A stretch of DNA of 64,000 nucleotides. It comes from Eledone cirrhosa (taxonomy: Eukaryota). The stretch is taken from positions 259,966,001-260,030,000 of the forward strand of contig OZ024741.1 of assembly GCA_964016885.1 (NCBI GenBank), written 5' to 3'. The translations under genes were made by a program, and so were the position numbers. Within the stretch, counting starts at the first letter, position 1; each line of letters starts with the position of its first letter. The notes under the pieces were generated by a model. That model was given only the letters and a program-made list of their open reading frames with translations, searched no databases and was not told where the DNA came from. Below are positions 56,257 through 64,000 of the stretch, one piece after another.

Positions 56257-57080
56257 TCGTAAGTCGAAACACTCGTAAGCCGAAACACTCGTGAGCCGAA
56301 ACACTCGTAAGTCGGAACACTCGTAAGTCAGAACACTCGTAAGTTAGAACACTCGTAAGTTAGAACACTCGTAAGTCAGAACACTCGTAAGTCAGAACAC
56401 TCGTAAGTCAAAACACTCGTATCGAAACACTCGTATGTCAAAACACCCGTAAGTCAAAACACTCGTAAGTCGAAACACTCGTAAGTCGAAACACTCGTAA
56501 GCCGAAACACCCGAAAGCCGAAACACTCGTAAGTCGGAACACTCGTAAGTCGGAACACTCGTAAGTCAGAACACTCGTAAGTCAGAACACTCGTAAGTCA
56601 GAACACTCGTAAGTCAGAACACTCGTAAGTCGAAACACTCGTATCGAAACACTCGTATGTCAAAACACCCGTAAGTCAAAACACTCGTAAGTCGAAACAC
56701 TTGTAAGTCGAAACACTCGTATGTCGAAACATCCGTAAATCAGAACACTCGTAAGTCGAAACACTCGTAAGTCGAAACACTCGTAAGCCGAAACACTCGT
56801 AAGTCGAAGCACTCGTATCGAAACACTCGTAAGTCGAAACACCCTTAAGTCAAAACACTCGTAAGCCAAAACACTCGTAAGTCGAAACACTCGTAAGTCG
56901 GAACACTCGTAAGTCAGAACACTCGTAAGTCAGAACACTCGTAAGTGGAAACACGCGTAAGTCGAAAGACCCGTAAGTCAAAAATCTCGTAAATCAAAAC
57001 ACTCGTAAGCCGAAACACTCGTAAGTCGAAACACTCGTAAGTCGAAACACTCGTAAGTCGAAACATTCGTAAAGCGAAAC

Positions 57081-57149
57081 GTATAAATAAAGATTAATGT
57101 AATGAACTTGAAAAGCATAGATATTTGAAACCGCGTCTATTTGTTATTT
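57081..57149. other. AT-rich island, allele A (copy 14)
   Basis: Carries gaacttg and agatatt, followed by the gaaaactctt marker. Confidence 0.95.
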
Positions 57150-57534
57150 TCGTAAGTCGAAACACTCGTAAGTCAGAACACTCGTAAGTCAGAAAACTCT
57201 TAAGTCAGAACACTCGTATCGAAACACGTATGTCAAAACACCCGTAAGTCAAAACACTCGTAAGTCGAAACACTCGTAAGTCGAAACACTCGTAAGCCGA
57301 AACAATCGTAAGTCAAAACACTCGTAAGTCGAAACACTCGTAAGCCGAAAATACTCGTAAGTCGGAACACCCGTAAGCCGAAACCCTCGTAGGTCGGAAC
57401 ACTCGTAAGTCAAAACACTCGTAAGTCGAAACACCCGTAAGTCGAAACACTCGTAAGTCGAAACACCCGTAAGTCGAAACATCCGTAAGTCAAAACACTC
57501 GTATGTCGAAACACTCGTAAGCCGAAACACTCGT

Positions 57535-60500
57535 AAGTCAGAACACTCGTAAGTCAGAACACTCGTAAGTCGAAACACTCATAAGTCGAAACACTCGTAA
57601 GTCGAAACACCCGTAAGTCGAAACACCCGTAAGTCGAAACACTCGTATGTCGAATAACTCGTAAGCCGAAACACCGTAAGTCAAAACACTCGTAAGTCGA
57701 AACACTCGTAAGTCGAAACACCCATAAGCCGAAACATTCGTAAGCCAAAACATTCGTAAGTCGAAACACTCGTAAACCGAAACACTCGTAAGCCAAAACA
57801 TTCGTAAGTCGAAACACTCGTAAGTCGAAACACCCATAGCCGAAACACTTGTAAGTCTGAACACACGTAAGTCAGAACACCCGTAAGTCAGAACACTCGT
57901 AAGTCAGAACACTCGTAAGTCAGAACACTCGTAAGTCAGAGCACTCGTATCGAAACACTCGTATGTCAAAACACCCGTAAGTCAAAACACTCGTAAGTCG
58001 AAACACTCGTAAGCCGAAACACCGTAAGCCAAAACACTCGTAAGTCGAAACACCCGTAAGTCGGAACACTCGTAAGTCGAAACACTCGTAAGTCGAAACA
58101 CTCGTAAGCCGAAACACTCGTAAGCCGAAACACTCGTAAGTCGGAACACTCGTAAGTCGGAACACTCGTAAGTCAGAACACTCGTAAGTCAGAACACTCG
58201 TAAGTCAGAACACTCGTAAGTCAGAACACTCGTAAGTCGAAACACTCGTATCGAAACACTCGTATGTCAAAACACCCGTAAGTCAAAACACTCGTAAGTC
58301 GAAACACTCGTAAGTCGAAACATTCGTAAGTCGAAACATCCGTAAATCAGAACACTCGTAAGTCGAAACACTCGTAAGTCGAAACACTCGTAAGCCGAAA
58401 CACTCGTAAGTCGAAGCACTCGTATCGAAACACTCGTAAGTCGAAACACCCTTAAGTCAAAACACTCGTAAGCCAAAACTCTCGTAAGTCGAAACACTCG
58501 TAAGTCGGAACACTCGTAAGTCAGAACACTCGTAAGTCAGAACACTCGTAAGTGGAAACACGCGTAAGTCGAAACACTCATAAGTCGAAACACTCGTAAG
58601 TCGAAACACCCGTAAGTCGAAACACCCGTAAGTCGAAACACTCGTATGTCGAATAACTCGTAAGCCGAAACACCGTAAGTCAAAACACTCGTAAGTCGAA
58701 ACACTCGTAAGTCGAAACACCCATAAGCCGAAACACTCGTAAGCCAAAACATTCGTAAGTCGAAACACTCGTAAACCGAAACACTCGTAAGCCAAAACAT
58801 TCGTAAGTCGAAACACTCGTAAGTCGAAACACCCATAGCCGAAACACTCGTAAGTCTGAACACACGTAAGTCAGAACAGCCGTAAGTCAGAACACTCGTA
58901 AGTCAGAACACTCGTAAGTCAGAACACTCGTAAGTCAGAGCACTCGTATCGAAACACTCGTATGTCAAAACACCCGTAAGTCAAAACACTCGTAAGTCGA
59001 AACACTCGTAAGTCGAAACACTCGTATGTCGAAACATCCGTAAATCAGAACACTCGTAAGTCGAAACACTCGTAAGTCGAAACACTCGTAAGCCGAAACA
59101 CTCGTAAGTCGAAGCACTCGTATCGAAACACTCGTAAGTCGAAACACCCTTAAGTCAAAACACTCGTAAGCCAAAACACTCGTAAGTCGAAACACTCGTA
59201 AGTCGGAACACTCGTAAGTCAGAACACTCGTAAGTCAGAACACTCGTAAGTGGAAACACGCGTAAGTCGAAAGACCCGTAAGTCAAAAATCTCGTAAGTC
59301 AAAACACTCGTAAGCCGAAACACTCGTAAGTCGAAACACTCGTAAGTCGAAACACCCGTAAGTCGGAACACTCGTAAGTCAGAATACTCGTAAGTCAAAA
59401 CACTCGTAAACCGGAACACCCGTAAGGCAAAACATTCGCATGTCAAAACACTCGTAAGTCGAAACACTCGTAAGCCGAAACACTCGTAAGTCGAAACACT
59501 CGTAAGTCGAAACACTCGTAAGTCGAAACACTCGTAAGTCAGTGCACCCGTAAGTCAGAACACTCGTAGTCAGAATACTCGTAAGTCGAAACACTCGTAT
59601 GTCGAAACACCCGTAAGTCGAAACATCCGTAAGTCAAAACACTCGTATGTCGAAACACTCGTAAGCCGAAACACTCATAAGTCGAAACACTCGTAAGCCG
59701 AAACACCCGTAAGTCAAAACATTCGTAAGTCAAAACACTCGTAAGTCGAAACACCCGTAAGTCAAAACACTCGTATGTCGAAACACTCGTAAGCCGAAAC
59801 AACGTAAGTAAAAACACTCGTAAGTCGAAACACCCATAAATCGAAACACTCGTAAGCCGAAACACTCGTAAGTCGAAACACTCATAAGCCGAAACACTCG
59901 TAAGTCGGAACACTCGTAAATCAGAACACCCGCAAGTCAGAACACTCGTAAATCAGAACACTCTTAAGTCGAAACTCACGTACGCTGAAACACTCGTAAG
60001 TCGAAACACTCGTAAGTCGAAACATCCTTAAGTCGAAACACTCGTACACCGAAACACTCGTAAGTATAAACATTAGTAAGTCGAAACACTCGTAAGCCGA
60101 AACACTCGTAAGTCGAAACACCCGTAAATCGAAACACCCGTAAGTCAAAACACTCGTATGTCGAAACACTCGTAAACCGAAACACTCGTAAGTCGGAACA
60201 CTCGTAAGTCAGAACACTCGTAAGTCAGAACACTCGTAAGTCGAAACACTCATAAGTCGAAACACTCGTAAGTCGAAACACCCGTAAGTCGAAACCCCCG
60301 TAAGTCGAAACACTCGTATGTCGAATAACTCGTAAGCTGAAACACCGTAAGTCAAAAGACTCGTAAGTCAAAACACTCGTAAGTCGAAACACCCATAAGC
60401 CGAAACACTCGTAAGCCAAAACATTCGTAAGTCGAAACACTCGTAAACCGAAACACTCGTAAGCCAAAACATTCGTAAGTCGAAACACTCGTAAGTCGAA

Positions 60501-63500
60501 ACACCCATAGCCGAAACACTCGTAAGTCGGAACACACGTAAGTCAGAACACCCGTAAGTCAGAACACTCGTAAGTCAGAACACTCGTAAGTCAGAGCACT
60601 CGTATCGAAACACTCGTATGTCAAAACACCCGTAAGTCAAAACACTCGTAAGTCGAAACACTCGTAAGCCGAAACACCGTAAGCCAAAACACTCGTAAGT
60701 CGAAACACCCGTAAGTCGGAACACTCGTAAGTCGAAACACTCGTAAGTCGAAACACTCGTAAGCCGAAACACTCGTAAGCCGAAACACTCGTAAGTGGGA
60801 ACACTCGTAAGTCGGAACACTCGTAAGTCAGAACACTCGTAAGTCAGAACACTCGTAAGTCAGAACACTCGTAAGTCAGAATACTCGTAAGTCGAAACAC
60901 CCGTAAGTCGAAACACCCGTAAGTCGAAACACTCGTATGTCGAATAACTCGTAAGCCGAAACACCGTAAGTCAAAACACTCGTAAGTCGAAACACTCGTA
61001 AGTCGAAACACCCATAAGCCGAAACACTCGTAAGCCAAAACATTCGTAAGTCGAAACACTCGTAAACCGAAACACTCGTAAGCCAAAACATTCGTAAGTC
61101 GAAACACTCGTAAGTCGAAACACCCATAGCCGAAACACTTGTAAGTCTGAACACACGTAAGTCAGAACACCCGTAAGTCAGAACACTCGTAAGTCAGAAC
61201 ACTCGTAAGTCAGAACACTCGTAAGTCAGAGCACTCGTATCGAAACACTCGTATGTCAAAACACCCGTAAGTCAAAACACTCGTAAGTCGAAACACTCGT
61301 AAGCCGAAACACCGTAAGCCAAAACACTCGTAAGTCGAAACACCCGTAAGTCGGAACACTCGTAAGTCGAAACACTCGTAAGTCGAAACACTCGTAAGCC
61401 GAAACACTCGTAAGCCGAAACACTCGTAAGTCGGAACACTCGTAAGTCGGAACACTCGTAAGTCAGAACACTCGTAAGTCAGAACACTCGTAAGTCAGAA
61501 CACTCGTAAGTCAGAACACTCGTAAGTCGAAACACTCGTATCGAAACACTCGTATGTCAAAACACCAGTAAGTCGAAACACTCGTATCGAAACACTCGTA
61601 TGTCAAAACACCAGTAAGTCAAAACACTCGTAAGTCGAAACACTCGTAAGCCGAAACACCGTAAGTCGAAACACCCGTATGTCGAAACACTCGTAAGCCG
61701 AAACACTCGTAAGTCGAAACACTCGTAGTCGAAACACTCGTAAGTCGAAACACCCGTAAGTCGAAACACTCGTAAGTCGAAACACTCGTAAGCCGAAACA
61801 CTCGTAAGTCGAAACACTCATAAGCCGAAACACTCGTAAGTCGAAACACTCGTAAGTCAGAACACTCGTAGTCAGAACACTCGTAAGTCAAACCACTCGT
61901 AAGCCGAAACACTCGTAAGTCGAAACACTCGTAAGTCGAAACACTCGTAAGTCGAAAAACTCGTAAGCCGGAACACTCGTAAGTCAGAACACTCGTAAGT
62001 CAGAACACTCGTAAGTCGAAACACTCGTAAGCCGAAACACCCGTAAGTCGAAACATTCGTAAGTCGAAACACCCGTAAGTCGAAACACTCGTAAGTCGAA
62101 ACACTCGTAAGTCGAAACACCGTAAGTCAAAACACTCGTATGTCGAAACATCCGTAAATCAGAACACTCCTAAGTCAAAACACTCGTAAGTCGAAACACT
62201 CGTAAGTCAAAAATACTCGTAAGTCGAAACACCCTTAAGTAAAAACACTCGTAAGTCGAAACACTCGTAAGCCGAAACACCCGTCAGTTAAAACACCCGT
62301 AAGTCGAAACACTCGTAAGTCAAAACTCTCGTACGCCGAAACACTCGTAAGTAAAAACATTAGTAAGTCGAAACACTCGTAAGCCGAAACACTCATAAGT
62401 CGAAACACTCGTAAGCCGAAACACCCGTAAGTCAAAACATTCGTAAGTCAAAACACTCGTAAGTCGAAACACCCGTAAGTCGAAACACTCGTATGTCGAA
62501 ACACTCGTAAGCCGAAACACCGTAAGTAAAAACACTCGTAAGTCGAAACACCCACAAGTCGAAACACTCGTAAGCCGAAACACTCGTAAGTCGAAACACT
62601 CATAAGCCGAAACACTCGTAAGTCGGAACACTCGTAAATCAGAACACCCGCAAGTCAGAACACTCGTATCGAAACACTCGTATGTCAAAACACCCGTAAG
62701 TCAAAACACTCGTAAGTCGAAACACTCGTAAGCCGAAACACCGTAAGTAAAAAAACTCGTAAGTCGAAATACTCGTAAGTCGAAACACTCGTAAGCCGAA
62801 ACAATCGTAATTCAAAACACTCGTAAGTCGAAACACTCGTAAGCCGAAACAATCGTAAGTCGAAACACTCGTAAGCCGAAAATACTCGTAAGTCGGAACA
62901 CCCGTAAGCCGAAACACTCGTATGTCGAAACACTCGTAAGCCGAAACAACATAAGTAAAAACACTCGTAAGTCGAAACACCCACAAGTCGAAACACTCGT
63001 AAGCCGAAACACTCGTAAGTCGAAACACTCATAAGCCGAAACACTCGTAAGTCGGAACACTCGTAAATCAGAACACCCGCAAGTCAGAACACTCGTAAAT
63101 CAGAACACTCTTAAGTCGAAACTCACGTACGCCGAAACACTCGTAAGTCGAAACACTCGTAAGTCGAAACATCCTTAAGTCGAAACACTCGTACACCGAA
63201 ACACTCGTAAGTATAAACATTAGTAAGTCGAAACACTCGTATGTCGAAACACTCGTAAACCGAAACACTCGTAAGTCGGAACACTCGTAAGTCAGAACAC
63301 TCGTAAGTCAGAACACTCGTAATTCGAAACACTCATAAGTCGAAACACTCGTAAGTCGAAACACCCGTAAGTCGAAACACCCGTAAGTCGAAACACTCGT
63401 ATGTCGAATAACTCGTAAGCCGAAACACTGTAAGTCAAAACACTCGTAAGTCGAAACACTCGTAAGTCGAAACACCCATAAGCCGAAACATTCGTAAGCC

Positions 63501-64000
63501 AAAACATTCGTAAGTCGAAACACTCGTAAACCGAAACACTCGTAAGCCAAAACATTCGTAAGTCGAAACACTCGTAAGTCGAAACACCCATAGCCGAAAC
63601 ACTTGTAAGTCTGAACACACGTAAGTCAGAACACCCGTAAGTCAGAACACTCGTAAGTCAGAACACTCGTAAGTCAGAACACTCGTAAGTCAGAGCACTC
63701 GTATCGAAACACTCGTATGTCAAAACACCCGTAAGTCAAAACACTCGTAAGTCGAAACACTCGTAAGCCGAAACACCGTAAGCCAAAACACTCGTAAGTC
63801 GAAACATCCGTAAGTCGGAACACTCGTAAGTCGAAACACTCGTAAGTCGAAACACTCGTAAGCCGAAACACTCGTAAGCCGAAACACTCGTAAGCCGAAA
63901 CACTCGTAAGTCGGAACACTCGTAAGTCGGAACACTCGTAAGTCAGAACACTCGTAAGTCAGAACACTCGTAAGTCAGAACACTCGTAAGTCAGAACACT
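57535..64000 (+). repeat. Domain of ~5.7-kb HOR, continuing beyond the window
   Basis: ORF-track peptides match 14577-20659 at a constant +42961 (e.g. 16578/59539, 19274/62235, 20474/63435). Confidence 0.85.

Larger units (their letters stand above)
52190..57535 (+). repeat. Second copy of the A-B-A-B-A ~2.06-kb HOR domain
   Basis: Islands start at 52933, 54130, 55007, 56188 and 57081. Allele order and private island SNPs match 10036-14188, at an offset of 42897 bp (42961 for the last island). Confidence 0.88.
1..64000 (+). repeat. Tandem satellite array of 16-bp monomer ACTCGTAAGTCGAAAC, head-to-tail in one orientation, extending past both window edges
   Basis: The monomer is readable throughout, e.g. 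176-191 actcgtaagtcgaaac. Common variants are at monomer positions 10-13 (TCGA/CCGA/TCGG/TCAG/TCAA/CCAA), position 3 (ACCCG), position 5 (ACTCAT) and position 8 (GTATG). There are also 14-bp (actcgtatcgaaac), 15-bp (accgtaag..., actcgtagtc...) and rare 17-bp monomers. I saw no reverse-orientation monomer. Confidence 0.99.

Noticed and set aside
393-63935. Several hundred short minus-strand ORFs (FRLTSVSTYECFDLRV-like peptides)
   Set aside because: They are translations of the 16-bp repeat. They overlap in all three frames with the same peptide, mostly start at GTG/TTG inside monomers, end at variant-created TGA, and show no domain or codon-level constraint.
1-64000. CRISPR array
   Set aside because: Monomers are directly adjacent with no unique spacers. 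The 69-bp islands are near-identical to each other and separated by satellite rather than unique spacers. No cas genes are present.
1-64000. Telomerase-made telomeric tract (the minus strand is T/G-rich, and the variant TTACGGATGT recalls Candida-type long telomere repeats)
   Set aside because: The consensus has no G-run. Kb-scale HORs with inherited SNPs and embedded islands indicate recombinational amplification rather than templated addition. A subtelomeric location or recombination-maintained chromosome end cannot be excluded from this window.
1-64000. Pure sequencing or assembly artefact (concatemer or collapsed repeat)
   Set aside because: Variants are reproducibly shared between distant copies in a nested, tree-like way and each copy also has private SNPs, which random error would not produce. 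Exact copy number and the largest duplications still need read support.
1-64000. Plasmid or phage iteron array, or diversity-generating cassette system
   Set aside because: There is no rep, recombinase or reverse transcriptase gene and no unique sequence in 64 kb. The scale far exceeds known iteron arrays.

Overview
The whole 64-kb window is one unidirectional tandem-repeat (satellite-type) array of a 16-bp monomer, consensus ACTCGTAAGTCGAAAC (reverse complement GTTTCGACTTACGAGT), with roughly 3,900-4,000 copies. The array runs off both window ends. I find no credible gene, RNA gene, CRISPR array or intact mobile element. The listed ORFs are all on the minus strand and are a by-product of the repeat: the minus-strand consensus has no stop codon in any frame. 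Monomer variants are ordered into nested higher-order repeats (HORs): a 222-300 bp variant cycle, 619/698-bp sub-units, a ~2.06-kb HOR, a ~5.7-kb HOR, and block duplications at offsets of ~7.7, ~10.1, ~13.9 and ~42.9 kb. The only non-satellite DNA is a 69-bp AT-rich island present 14 times in two alleles (A and B), which alternate A-B-A-B-A within the two complete clusters and are confined to the ~2.06-kb HOR domains. The most interesting unverified hypothesis is that the monomer is an amplified pogo/Tigger-type transposase-binding motif, with the island a remnant of the parent element. Host organism and function (centromeric, subtelomeric or other heterochromatin) cannot be determined from this window.
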